This document shows, piece by piece, positions 1 to 17,224 of a stretch of DNA of 64,000 nucleotides. The DNA lies in contig NIVC01000645.1 in assembly GCA_002269645.1 (NCBI GenBank), positions 62,001-126,000 on the forward strand, written 5' to 3'. The stretch is from Macrostomum lignano. Taxonomy: Eukaryota. The translations under genes and the position numbers were made by a program. Numbering within the stretch: position 1 is the first letter of the stretch; each line of letters opens with the position of its first letter. The notes below the pieces were generated by a model that worked only from the letters and a program-made list of their open reading frames with translations, made no database searches and had not been told where the DNA came from.

Positions 1-459
<459 letters not shown>

Positions 460-490
460 TTAAGCTTATAGATCTAAAACCCGGCGCTTA

Positions 491-1078
491 AAGATCTACA
501 GCTCAGCGCCCCTAGATCTACAGCTTGGTACCCCTAGATCTACAACTTGGTGCCCCTAGATCTACAACTCGGTGGCCCGAGATCTACAACTCGGTGGCCC
601 GAGATCTACAACTCGGTGGCCCGAGATCTACAACTCGGTGGCCCGAGATCTACAACTCGGTGGCCCGAGATCTACAACTCGGTGGCCCGAGATCTACAAC
701 TCGGTGGCCCGAGATCTACAACTCGGTGGCCCGAGATCTACAACTCGGTGGCCCGAGATCTACAATTTGGTGCCACTATATCTAAAACTCGGTGCCCCTA
801 GATCTACAACTCGGTGGCCCGAGATCTACAACTCGGTGGCCCGAGATCTACAACTCGGTGGCCCGAGATCTACAACTCGGTGGCCCGAGATCTACAACTC
901 GGTGGCCCGAGATCTACAACTCGGTGGCCCGAGATCTACAACTCGGTGGCCCGAGATCTACAATTTGGTGCCACTATATCTAAAACTCGGTGCCCCTAGA
1001 TCTACAACTCGGTGGCCCGAGATCTACAACTCGGTGGCCCGAGATCTAAAACTCGGTGGCCCGAGATCTATAACTTGG
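491..1078. repeat. 22-bp intronic minisatellite
   Basis: Unit GAGATCTACAACTCGGTGGCCC. Confidence 0.97.
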
Positions 1079-1098
1079 CGCATAAACAGCCGCTGTCA

Positions 1099-1683
<585 letters not shown>

Positions 1684-1789
1684 CTAGGAGGACTTTTCAT
1701 CATAAGATTGTTTTCTATCCTTAGAGATCTGGGATCTTGGATGACTATTTAGGGGATTCTTGGGAACTTCTATCATAGATGGGACCTGG

Positions 1790-3000
1790 GAGGATTCCAG
1801 ATGCGATTTGGGAAGGATTCTAGATGGGATTTGACAGAATTCTAGATGGGATTTGACAGGATTCTAGATGGGATTTGACAGGATTCTAGATGGGATTTGA
1901 CAGAATTCTAGATGGGATTTGACAGGATTCTAGATGGGATTTGACAGAATTCTAGATGGGATTTGACAGGAGTCTAGATGGGATTTGACAGGATTCTAGA
2001 TGGGATTTGACAGGATTCTAGATGGGATTTGACAGGATTCTAGATGGGATTTGACAGGATTCTAGATGGGATTTGACAGGATTCTAGATGGGATTTGACA
2101 GGATTCTAGATGGGATTTGACAGGATTCTAGATGGGATTTGACAGGATTCTAGATGGGATTTGACAGGATTCTAGATGGGATTTGACAGGAGTCTAGATG
2201 GGATTTGACAGGAGTCTAGATGGGATTTGACAGGATTCTAGATGGGATTTGACAGGAGTCTAGATGGGATTTGACAGGAGTCTAGATGGGATTTGACAGG
2301 ATTCTAGATGGGATTTGACAGGAGTCTAGATGGGATTTGACAGGATTCTAGATGGGATTTGACAGGATTCTAGATGGGATTTGACAGGATTCTAGATGGG
2401 ATTTGACAGGATTCTAGATGGGATTTGAAAGGATCCTAGATGCGATTTGGGAGGATTCCAGATTCGATTTGGGAGGATTCTAGATGCGATTTGGGAGGAT
2501 TCTAGATGCGATTTGGGATGATTCCAGATGCGATTTGGGAGGATTCTAGATGCGATTTGGGAGGATTCCAGATGCGATTTGGGAGGATTCTAGATGCGAT
2601 TTGGGAGGATTCTAGATAGGCTTGAGAAGAAATGATTTGGAAGGAATCCAGATGGGATTTAGGATTCTAGATGGGATTTGGGAGGAATCCAGATGGGATT
2701 ATAGAGGAATTACAGATAGGATTATGGAGGATTACAAATGAGATTTGGGAGGATTCCAGATGCGATTTGGGAGGATTCTAGATAGGCTTGAATTCCTTCT
2801 GGATTTGGAAGGAATCCAGATGGGATTTAGGATTCTAGATGGGATTTGGGAGGAATCCAGATGGGATTATAGAGGAATTACAGATAGGATTATGGAGGAT
2901 TACAAATGGGATTTGGGAGGATTCCAGATGGCATTATGGAGGATTACAGATGGGATTATGGAGGATTACAGATGGGATTTGGGAGGAATGCAGATTGTTT
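1790..3000. repeat. 22-bp intronic minisatellite, degenerating rightward
   Basis: Unit GATGGGATTTGACAGGATTCTA, changing to GATGCGATTTGGGAGGATTCTA. Confidence 0.95.
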
Positions 3001-3049
3001 GGGATTGTGTCAAAGACACAGCTGAAAGATCAATAATGAAGCTTACTCA

Positions 3050-3658
<609 letters not shown>

Positions 3659-3759
3659 TTATTGTGGTTCGATTGCATCTACTGGTGGGCTCTTTGACCT
3701 GCACTCCGACCTCCCGACTACACATGCTGCTTCTGACGCCATTCAGGCTTTGTCGCCAG

Positions 3760-4260
3760 ACTATCACTCTTTGGCGCCACTCATCACCCTTTGGCGCCAC
3801 ACTATCACTCTTTGGCGCCACTCATCACCCTTTGGCGCCACACTATCACTCTTTGGCGCCACTCATCACCCTTTGGCGCCACTCATCACGCTTTGGCGCC
3901 AAATTATTATCCTTTGGCGCCACCCTATCCCCATTTGGCCCCACCCTATCCCCAGTTGGCGCCACTCATCACGCTTTGGCGCCAAATTATTATCCTTTGG
4001 CGCCACCCTATCCCCATTTGGCGCCACCCTATCCCCATTTGGCGCCACCCTATCCCCAGTTGGCGCCACCCTATCCCCAGTTGGCGCCACCGTATCCTCA
4101 GTTGGTGCCACTCTATCCCAATTTGGCGCCACCCTATTCTCAGTTGGCGCCACCCTATCCCCAGTTGGCGCCACCCTATCCCTATTTGGCGCCAACCTAT
4201 CCCTATTTGGCGCCACCCTATCCCTATTTGGCGCCACCCTATCCCCAATTGGCGCCACCT
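3760..4260. repeat. 21-bp intronic minisatellite
   Basis: Unit TGGCGCCACCCTATCCCCATT and variants. Confidence 0.95.
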
Positions 4261-4268
4261 CATTATTA

Positions 4269-5195
<927 letters not shown>

Positions 5196-5269
5196 TTAAA
5201 AATGCAGAACGCTAGTAAAAAATCCTAAAAATGAAGGTGTTGATGACAAAAAGTAGCCAAGTTGCTTAC

Positions 5270-5362
5270 CAAAGGTGGTCAGCTGTTTCAGATAGACGCA
5301 CGGTTTCTCCTCTTGAGCGTACAAGTCGATGCGGTTGTAGTGCAGGTCGTCCACACTTGGCA
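5270..5362 (-). CDS. CACHD1: CACHD1-like protein, exon 8
   Basis: cacag|TG...TTTG|GTAAG; [14 protein letters not shown]...CVYLKQLTT. Confidence 0.82.
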
Positions 5363-5514
5363 CTGTGGTAACAGGTTTTGTGGGGTTAGCACACATATTG
5401 CACCATTGCAATCGATATAGGCTAAATGGAAACCCAGTTATGACTTTTAGAACCGGAACTTAGAGTTTTAGGAATTTTATTTAAGGAATTATCGAGCCCG
5501 AGATACACAGTCTA

Positions 5515-6720
<1,206 letters not shown>

Positions 6721-6760
6721 AAATATGGGGTCAATAAATGACTGCTCATCGGGGACTCAC

Positions 6761-7037
6761 TTCACGTGAACGGGAATCGACGCGCTGATGACCAGGCCGG
6801 TGCCCTCCAGGTCCTGGCTGGGCAGGCTGAACTGCACCTCCGACTCCTGCACAGGCGGGAACACTTCGTAGAAACGGCTCACCCGGTCCATGCCGGGTCC
6901 TGACTCGGAGCTGATCACCACAGCGTGGCCCGGCTTCACCTCGAGTGCTGTGGAATCGGCCGACTCGCAGGAGCCGCCACCGCCTCCGGCTGCCAGCTGG
7001 CTCATGAAGGTCTTCTCGAACATGCTCTGGCTCTGGC
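6761..7037 (-). CDS. CACHD1: CACHD1-like protein, exon 6
   Basis: ctcgcag|GC gives [16 protein letters not shown]...FSLP...[11 protein letters not shown]. Donor AA|GTGAG, phase 2. Confidence 0.8.
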
Positions 7038-7071
7038 CTGCGAGATTGCGGAGGTGGTGACCGATCCAATC

Positions 7072-8036
<965 letters not shown>

Positions 8037-8090
8037 TCAATTAAAAAGCTGCAGTGCTGCAATAAAAAAGACAGGCACTGAATAGCTTAC

Positions 8091-8180
8091 AGTTCCTCAG
8101 CTGCTCAGCAGAACTGCCCCGAAATGTGTCTTGAATTATGTTGAAGGCCTCCTGCAGCGCTTTGGAGTGATTGCACACAT
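8091..8180 (-). CDS. CACHD1: CACHD1-like protein, exon 4
   Basis: ttttcag|AT...AACT|GTAAG; 90 nt; DVCNHSKALQEAFNIIQDTF. Not in the ORF track because it is short. Confidence 0.8.
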
Positions 8181-8224
8181 CTGAAAATGATGGGGCAGTA
8201 TTGTCTGCATCAGTATTGTGTCTG

Positions 8225-8815
8225 CGTCCTTCTCATGTTGTGTCTGCCGCATTCTGGTCTTGTGGGTCTGCATCATTCTGGTCTTGTGTCTGCCGCATTC
8301 TGGTCTTGTGGGTCTGCATCATTCTGGTCTTGTGTCTGCCGCATTCTGGTCTTGTGGGTCTGCATCATTCTGGTCTTGTGTCTGCCGCATTCTGGTCTTG
8401 TGGATCTGCATCAATCTGGTCTTGTGGGTCTGCATCATTCTGGTCTTGTGGGTCTGCATCATTCTGGTTCTGTGGGTCTGCATCATTCTGGTCTTGTGGG
8501 TCTGCATCATTCTGGTTCTGTGGGTCTGCATCATTCTGGTCTTGTGAGTCTGCATCATTCTGGTCTTGTGGGTCTGCATCATTCTGGTCTTGTGGGTCTG
8601 CATCATTCTGGTTCTGTGGGTCTGCATCATTCTGGTCTTGTGAGTCTGCATCATTCTGGTCTTGTGGGTCTGCATCATTCTGGTCTTGTGGGTCTGCATC
8701 ATTCTGGTCTTGTGGGTCTGCATCATTCTGGTCTTGTGTCTGCCGCATTCTGGTCTTGTGGGTCTGCATCATTCTGGTCTTATATCCGCCGCATTCTGGT
8801 CTTGTGTCTGCATTC
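8225..8815. repeat. 24-bp intronic minisatellite
   Basis: Unit GCATCATTCTGGTCTTGTGGGTCT. Confidence 0.96.
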
Positions 8816-8922
8816 TGCACCCTTCATTTGGTCCTTTGTCCCGGAGCCTTAATTTCCTAATTTCACGCCCCAAGTGTCAGCAAAAGTACAAATGAAGAGT
8901 TCACGTGCACTGAATGACTCGC

Positions 8923-9224
8923 CTTTATCCTGTCTGCGCACGCCTCTATCAAGAAAGTGCGCCAGGCCAGCCTTGGCCTCGTGAGTCACGGGGAACATAG
9001 TGGGGCCGCCGGTCTCGTCGCTGGCAGCCGGCGGGTACTGGATGGTGCCGGCCGCGGCAAACAGGGCCAGGCGGTCTTTCTCGCTCAGACTGTCCACAAG
9101 AGCTCGGGCCACCAGCAGGCCGAGGCGGAAGTCGCGAGCGCTCATCTGGCCGCTGTCGAGCACCAGCACCAGGTGCATCGGGCGCGGATGAACGGAGCGC
9201 ACGTACACGTCCCGGTGGCGAACT
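8923..9224 (-). CDS. CACHD1: CACHD1-like protein, exon 3 (VWA domain start)
   Basis: [25 protein letters not shown]...[10 protein letters not shown] is VWA-like. Phase 2 in. Probable GC donor AAAG|GCGAGT, phase 1. Confidence 0.85.
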
Positions 9225-9444
9225 CTGGCGCAGTTAATTCAGTCAGTTTTGTTCTGTTTTAGATACATTTACAGTAAATATGCTGCCTACACTACTCATT
9301 CTTAGTGAGTAGTTTAATTAAGATTTTACAGATAGTAAATGCGGTTTTATTGCTTTTCTAATTGATAATAAATCATGTTTGTTCTACACGCCTGATGAAA
9401 TATTAATTGAGTCGTACCAATTAAAAGTCTAAAGGGCACACATT

Positions 9445-9810
9445 TATCTAATTCCCTGATCAGGAATCTACGAGCGTATCTAATTCCCTACCCTAATCGG
9501 GGATATATAATTCCCTAATTTGGCATCTACCTAATTCCCTAATCGGGCATCCATCTAATTCCCTAATCGGGTATCTATCTAATTCCTTAATCGGGCTTCT
9601 ATCTTATTCCCTAATCGGGTATCTGTCTTATTCCCTAATAAGACATATATCTAATTCCCTAATAAGACATCTAATTCCCTAATCGGGCATCTATCTAATT
9701 CTCTAATCGGGCATCAATCGAATTCCTTAATCGGGCTTCTATCTTGTTCCCTAATCGGGTATCTATCTAATTGCCTAATCGGGCATCTAATTCCCTAATT
9801 GAGAATTTAT
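9445..9810. repeat. ~25-bp degenerate intronic minisatellite
   Basis: Recurring CTAATTCCCTAATCGGG. Confidence 0.9.
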
Positions 9811-9887
9811 CTAATATCCCTAATGGAGCTACGAACTCTATTCAAAGCAATCGCGCATCTCCCAAACTCAAAAGCGACAGAACTCAC

Positions 9888-10336
9888 CTGTGCATAGCGG
9901 AGCACGGAATCCGGCTCCGCTTGAAATTATGCGAGGGAAACTCGGTGTGCAGCCCCTCGGCAGAGATGAAGTACTGCCACTTGATGCTGGACCAATACTT
10001 CATGTACTGGTCGAGCATCTTGGTGAACTTCCTGCCCGGATTAAACACGTTAGGGCCCAGCCTAGGTGGTATCAGGTCACATGAGGTCTGCCTGGACACC
10101 GCGGCGCCGTAGGTGGGCACATAGGTGAGGTCGGAGTTGGCCAGGTTGCAGCAGTCCAGCCTGGGGCTCATCCGCTGCTTCTTGTGCAAACCGTAGTACA
10201 GTACAATGGGCCTCAGCAACTGTTTTAATATGCCTTTAATTGGCGATAACCGCAGAGAGAGTGAAGCCGCAAGAGAGCGGGCGTCCTCCATGCCGTTGCT
10301 CTCGAACGGCGTGTAGGCCTGCTTGTCATAGATGGC
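9888..10336 (-). CDS. CACHD1: CACHD1-like protein, exon 2
   Basis: cag|GCCATC acceptor. Encodes DCCNL and IKWQYFISAEGLHTEFP, resembling the CACHD1 N-terminal region. Donor AG|GTGAG, phase 2. Confidence 0.88.
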
Positions 10337-10469
10337 CTGCCAAAGTGCAATGGGAATTTCGCTTTAAATTTGGGAGGCGGCAAACTCCGGTTTGCAGACA
10401 TGCGGCCCGCAAAGCCTCTCTGTCCAGCCCTTGGGTCGTTTGAAACTTTGCGGCCAGCTTAAGGTTTGT

Positions 10470-10872
10470 GTCGATTGTCAGCTTTTTCTCCTCTTATCTC
10501 CCAAGTCCCCTCTTCCCTTGTATCTCTATCTCTCTCCTCTCTTCCTTTTCTCTACTCCTCTCCTTTCTCCCTTCTCTCCTTAATAAACTCTCTTCCTCCT
10601 TCCTACTCTCTTCTTTCTCTCCTCCTCTACTCCATCCCCTCACTCTCCTCCTCTTCCCTTCTCTCTCCCCTTTCTCCCTCCTTTATCCCATCTCTTCCTC
10701 CCTCTATCCCCTCTCTAACCTGTCTCCCGCATTTCTCCCTTCTTCTCTCTTTTCTCCTTTCTCTCCCCTCCTTTATCCCCCTTCTATCTTCCTCTCTCCT
10801 CTCTCCTTCCTCCCCTCCTCTCCCGTCCCCCTCTCTCTCCCTTCCTATCTCATCTCTTAACTCCTCTCTCCT
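10470..10872. repeat. CT-rich low-complexity tract
   Basis: Nearly pure pyrimidines on the + strand, in CACHD1 intron 1. Confidence 0.9.
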
Positions 10873-11057
10873 AGAATTTATGATACAGATAGTACTCAAT
10901 TGAGCTTAATAACAATTCTTACCAGATTAGACTTTTTAATTAACAATATACTTAGTCTTGACCTAAACACTGCAGTGAGTCATTTCTGAAGTAATTAACT
11001 AACTGGAGATTAAAACTGGATTGCTGATATACTAAAAAAATCTCACTAAAATCTCAC

Positions 11058-11339
11058 CTGCATAGCAACTATGCCCAACTCATCCTTGGCGGTTGTTTCC
11101 AGCTGCTGTCTGAGCCGGTGAGCCTCCTTGTTGAGGTCGACTCCGCCAAAGTATTTGCGATTCACGGCGCCAGTACCATTGGTTGGAGGAGTTCCAGCGC
11201 TGCCAGCTGCTTTCTCCTCTGGGCTCAGCAGGTGCGGATTGTTGAAGTGCACCTGATCATTGCTGACTGAGGCGCAATGGCATGCTAAGCTGAGTAGCAG
11301 CTGCAGCAACAGCAGCGGCAGCAGGGACAATTGCATCAT
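11058..11339 (-). CDS. CACHD1: CACHD1-like protein, exon 1 (signal peptide)
   Basis: ATG at 11339. MMQLSLLPLLLLQLLLSLACHCAS is a signal-peptide-like start. Ends CAG|GTGAG, phase 0. Confidence 0.8.
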
Positions 11340-11393
11340 CAATTGCGCTGGAAATCCATCAGTTTTATTTTTAGTTCGTTCTGATCCTCCATT

Positions 11394-11426
11394 CTGATTG
11401 GCCATATAACTTTACAGTGATTGGCT
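11394..11426 (-). promoter_or_regulatory. Two CCAAT (NF-Y-type) boxes upstream of the CACHD1 start
   Basis: AGCCAATCA and GGCCAATCAG on the minus strand, 23 bp apart, 57-85 bp upstream of the ATG. Confidence 0.4.
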
Positions 11427-11624
11427 ATTTTCTGGTTCAAAAGCTTCATTGTCATCTATAAAAATACTTTACAATGTTGAATTATGATTAAAAAATCCAA
11501 AAAGCAAGGCTGTGCCCTTTATTAAGCCAAAAGGTAACCATGTCACTGTTCTAAAGACGACTATTCTTAGACTTTGATGAAAGGAAGAATCAAATATATT
11601 GATTTGGGCTTTTTTCTGACTCAA

Positions 11625-11952
11625 TCTTGACAAAGACCTCAACTTCAAATACCTTAAACTTGGTTGGTCTCTTCTTGGAATCATTCTTGACAAAGACCTC
11701 AACTGTCAAATACCTTAGCTTTGTCTCTTCTCTTGGAATCATTCTTGACAAAGACCTTAACTGTCAAATACCTTAGCTTGGTCTCTTCTCTTGCAATCAT
11801 TCTTGACAAAGACCCCAACTGTCAAATACCTTAGCTTGGTCTCTTCTCTTGGAATCATTCTTGACAAAGACCTCAACTATCAAATACCTTACTAAGGTCT
11901 CTTCACTTGGAATCATTCTCGACAAAGACCTCAACTGTCAAATACCTTAGCT
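11625..11952. repeat. ~58-bp tandem repeat (5-6 copies)
   Basis: Unit CAAAGACCTCAACTGTCAAATACCTTAGCTTGGTCTCTTCTCTTGGAATCATTCTTGA. Confidence 0.92.
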
Positions 11953-12416
11953 ACCAACTATGGACTGCTAACAACAGACAACCAACAACCAACTGGGGCA
12001 TAAAGAAGGCATTATTCTTGTATTGTGGTCATTGCTGCATTCCATAAGCAACAGTTCCTAGCACTATATAAGTGAGATCCCTGAGCCAGGAGACCAACTT
12101 TAGCTCAACAACAGAACTATGGAGTGCCTCATGTGAGCAAAAATGTTTTTAAAATCTTCAAGTTCAAACTGTTTGTGCATTATTTTATATTCCAAAGCAG
12201 ATATAAATTAAATAACTAACTTGCAGTGCAAATAAAAAAACTGTTAGTGTTTAGTAATGAGATCGCAGGGGGTTGACAAAATTTGGGTAGTTATTGGTTA
12301 TTTGATACCAATGAGGTAAGGCAGTTTAATCTGAATTTCTGGCTGCATTTAAGTTTGCATATTCAAAGCTAAAAAATATTATGCACACTAGGCTGCCATG
12401 TCTTTACGATATAAAT

Positions 12417-12588
12417 CATACATGTGCAACCTTGGGAATCACTTGGCCATTTCTATTGGCAACACACACATAAGTCACTATTGGCTGAGAGCAGTCACGT
12501 GACTACTATTCCATCCAATAGCGACTTACATGTGTGTGTGTTGCCAATAGAAACGGCCGAGTGAATCCCAAGGTTGCACCCAAGCATG
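12417..12588. mobile_element. Palindromic MITE (hAT-like)
   Basis: ~65-bp inverted arms (TGCAACCTTGGG...CTATTGG / CCAATAG...CCCAAGGTTGCA), CA...TG ends, 8-bp direct repeat ATATAAAT at 12409-12416 and 12589-12596. Confidence 0.8.
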
Positions 12589-14479
12589 ATATAAATAATA
12601 TAATAATGCTTTAACTCATGGTGGCCATGTCAATAAAGCCTACATAGTGCTACTAACTATGTCATTCAATATTGAATGGGTTTATACTTAGACATAGAAG
12701 ATGGCTGTGTCTTTACTATAGAATCTTTTTGACATTGGTGATGATGACAGTCTCCTTATTATAAAAAATTAAGCAACATACATGTGTGCTTAACATTATG
12801 CATATAGCAGACATGCCTATAAGTACTAAATTAAATTTTAGGGTTTTCTATCAACTGGCAAATGAAACACTTTTAGGTACCAGATAAAAAGCAGATATGG
12901 ATGCGGATATAGAATGGATGCAGTGGATAATACAGAAATCAAAGATAAAATGCGGAATATGGAAATATAAGGTAAAATGCAGATGGCAGAAACGGATGTG
13001 GATGTAGAATGGATATACTGGTTAAAATGTGGATGAAGAGCAGCGGAAATGAATAACCCAGAATTGGTAATGGCTAAAAAATTAAACTCCTAACCAATAC
13101 CTGAAATTACATATGTATCTTTAGACTATTATATATCTAATGTAAGGTATCTATAGTTACTGATTTATTTTATTTAAAGTAGTTCATAGTATCTTCTATT
13201 GTTATAATGTACTATTTCCTATAAAATTTAAATGTTTAAGCTGCCACTCTCTGGACCTGATTGAGCTTTCGAGTTTTGTAATGAAATAAAGTTGAAGGCT
13301 GCCGTTTGAATTGTAGCTAATCAAGACTCAAGAACGAACATGCTGAAGCAGCATAAACACTTGCACTATTAATTTAATATTGTATTATATATGGAACAGT
13401 GGTGTGGCCTTTGTTTACGCCCAGGCTCTGAAGTGTGCTGCATGCCCTGTGATGCTACTTTTTTCCACCTGACAGCGTATTTTGTTGTTGTTGTTGTTAT
13501 ATATAGAAAATAATATACTTTAAAAAGTTTATTACAATACATAGCAATTAAATACATTAAAGAGTAAACACAAAGCTAGTAAAATGTCACACAAATAATA
13601 GTAAGCAACATTATAACAGATAGAATAAATACAAAAAGAGGTATGCATGCAAATGCAATAGTATTACTATTACTTTTTAAAACTAGATCTCTCTCAAACA
13701 AATATAATTCTGTAAATGATTGGTAATAGTAACAAAGATTCTTCAGAACTTAAATATTATTGTAAAAAGCTTTATAAATTTAAGTTTTGTTACTAAAAAG
13801 CACCATTTCTTTATTTGAGGCCTTATTTTATGCAAGTATTAAGCCATTGTCTAGAAAAGAGGGTCTCTATGTGCCAGACTAATCTGGCATAGTCACAAAT
13901 TTTGATAGTTTAGATTGGCATGCATGTGCCATGTTGGTATACTATACAATTTGCATGCATTTGTGGCACACAATCATAACATAAATAATAAAAGAGACAA
14001 TCTAATTTATATTGCAATAATGATATGATTCATAGTAAATGTTTCTTTAACTTTATTTTTATATAAATCATTTATTTTTAGTTATATTATAATAGGTATG
14101 AACTAAACTACAAAAACAGATATGGATACTGAATATGTTGTTTACTAAGATGTAGATATGGATATGGATTACTATTTGTGGAATCAATGGAGATATAAAA
14201 TAACAGATTAAGAAAATCTCTAGATTTAGTTTTATTATAATATGGATATATATTCTGCTTTATTTTTGTTTCTGTTTAGGCCTTATTTTCAGATAAATTG
14301 TTCTCATTTAAATTTATTATAAAATAATAATATAAAATAATTTTTGGTTTTTAGAATGTCATACATTTATTGCCATATGCTCCTCACTACCTTCACAATA
14401 GGAACCGCTTGCTTTGTGCAATTTTTTCACAACAGTGTTAGAGGACATTAGTGTGTACTTTTGAACTAGAGCAGCAAAC

Positions 14480-15900
14480 TTGTGATTTATGATCCATAGC
14501 CGCCGAAACAGAAGATCATTTGTGAAGATTTATTGATCAACATGACAGCATTTCTGCGATCTGCTAAAAAAGCACAAGCTTTTATTATTCGAACATTGCT
14601 ACTCAGGAGGGTGCCTATAGCTGTGGCCTTTACTGCATCACATATGCGGTCGCACTGGCTTGTTGAACAGATCCAGCAAATTGCCAGTTTGATAGACTTA
14701 AGATGCCTTGCCATTTAATCCAGTGCTTAGAAGCTACTGACATGTGCAAACTGAAGCTACTACTGAAGCTAAAGTAGTAGTTTGAAGGCATTGGCGATTC
14801 TCAGTTGATGTCTACTGTGTTTGCTGTAGGCCTTATTTTCCAAACTAAAAATCAATATTTTGCAATGCATGTGGTGAATGGTTTCATGCTACTTGCTTGG
14901 CATGAATCATAATGCCTTCAAACGAGCGCAGAGGTGCAGGCTCTTTTATTGTAAGCATTATGCCTAAGAATTACCATGCTTTCGCATCTTTATTGGCCTA
15001 ATTTCTTTTTCTAATAGTACAGTAGAACTACATGTACTAAAGGGCAGACAAGAGCTAAATGGGTACAAAAGATTCAAGGAAAAGGTTAGGTTTTTTCTGT
15101 GAGCCTTTAAAAGGAATAGTAGATAGTCTTAAGTGTCATGCTATCAAAGATTCTGCTACATTGGGTTTTTTCCATTAACATTAACACATTTACGACGATG
15201 CAGCCTTCTGGCAAAACCTTTGATGAACATCTTGATACTCAGAAGATATAGCGATATTGAAAATAAGCTTGGAGCAATGATGACATGGCGTACAGTTGTG
15301 CATTTGCTTGCGATATGCAGTCCCACTTGGTAACTTGCAGTTGAGTTGATGTTGTTGAAACACGAAACTTGGTCAAGGGGCAAAGTGAACTTGTGACAAC
15401 AGTGGATGAATTGTACCAGCATATCCTCTTGACTATTTAATCAGATCTGAGAGGGGGATTGACGTGAACTCGGAAACTCGACAAATTGAATGGGCTTTTC
15501 GATGCCCTAAACAGTGATGCAAAGAGGACTGGACACAGAGACTTGACAAATTGAAACAGCGTCTGGTAGACAGTCAGATCGGGATGCTGGCTGAATGTAC
15601 ATTGCAGTTAAATAGGACGTCGGAAAAATACCGTCTTGACCAAATTGATTGTGTAGATCTCTCAACGAAAGTTTCTTCTTGGAAGGGTAAACTGTGTCGC
15701 TTCTTGATCTTCGTCCATTGGTCTTGTTTAGTTCGAAGTCTTCCTTTACTGAAGGCAGGAAAGTCTCAGTTCTCGATTCATTCGGATGGCTGTTGAAGAC
15801 ATGCAGAAGAGCGATAACTGCATGGTGTGTCTGAGACTTCTGTCTAGCGGTGACTCACGCGGTCAGTGGAACCAATTGAAACGATAATTTATATGGGTTT
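14480..15900 (+). pseudogene. Possible decayed P-element/THAP9-like transposase remnant
   Basis: Stop-riddled + strand peptides AQAFIIRTLLLRRVPIAVAFT (within ORF 14533-14718) and KLDKLNGLFDALNS (15474-15515). They resemble P-transposase motifs (LVFM.RG...QPVAYF; N.LFD.LNS). Recalled similarity only. Confidence 0.3.
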
Positions 15901-17224
15901 TTCCCATATTTATCGTTTCCTTCTGCCAACAGTTCAGGAAGACAACGAACAATGGACCTCGATGGTAACTTTCTCTGTGTGATCTCTAGAGTCACATTCT
16001 CAAACTTCAGGCAAGGATCTTTCCTCTTCAATCAGTATATTTTATAAGCTAGCACACTGTACGCGAGCAACGAGGAATAGGAGCAGTAGGGAGAGAGAGT
16101 GGGATTTTGAGGCCCAATAGGCAGTGTTGGTCAGAGGTTGTGCATGCATCACGCGAGGGTCGCATGGCTAGGCTTCTTGCTCGCCGATCATCAGGACTAT
16201 CTTTAGGCATGCAGATCTTGTGCATCTGGGGAGTTGCTGCCAAGGCTGGATTCTTGTTCACGCATCACATGCGTGTCGGCTGATTTCTCCCATCCTCTTG
16301 CTAATGGCGCCTTGGTTTCACTTCACCCTATTGAAAACTAATAATCTATTGAGCACATTGGTACATCTATTCTCCTGCTGAGCCTGCCTATGCATAATAT
16401 GCTAGTCCTGATCCTACCTTTGCTGCAACCATCATAGTCGCTGTGAGACTATTTTAAATCGGCTACTGGAATGAGGAAGGAGACAGCTAAGACTTTGAGC
16501 TCTAAGTGAGTTCCTAGGCCCATTCAGTCTGAAGGCCTATTTTGACAGTTCTCATGGTTATGTAAGCGAGTTTGCATGACATGGTGCAGCATTTGCTAGC
16601 ACGCATTCCTGCTCAGCTATATTACCCAATTTGATTCTGCCTGCTGGTCACCTGCCTATCCCTCCTAGCATGAGGACCTTAGCCACTCGCTATATACTTA
16701 GCTAGCTAGGGCTGGCACGCATGCAGTATGCTCATAGGAGTGGCCAAGTGGCGGCCTGAATGCTTATATAGATGGAGATCAACATTCAGAGGATACATGT
16801 AGAAGTAGAGCTAGAATAGCAATAAAGGCCAAATTAACTATAGATGCTAAAAAGTCAGCGCTTATTCTTTGGACCGACCCCCTGTGGAATGTTTCTATTT
16901 TTGCAGTCTGCTGTTCATCCACATTTTAACTAGTATATCCATTCTGAATCTACATCCATTTCTGCCATCTACATTTTACCTTCTATTTCCGTATTCCAGG
17001 TTTTATCCACTGCATCTGGTCCATATTTGCGTCTATTTCTGCATTGTATCCAGTACCACATTTTCATGGTAGATAACCAAACCAATGAATCTATATGTTG
17101 CAGATAACTGCTTTAAGCAACCTACCTATCAGCTCTTGAATCTAGATAAGTCTATAGATATAAGGTTGGGTTTGCAATTAACCTTATTTCTAAATTTTAA
17201 TTTATATATTTTAGGTTATATTAC

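Noticed and set aside
15156-15422. DIRS tyrosine-recombinase fragment (KMFIKGFARR)
   Set aside because: No catalytic RHR/Y motifs or RT nearby; the opposite strand fits a P-like relic somewhat better, and both are weak.
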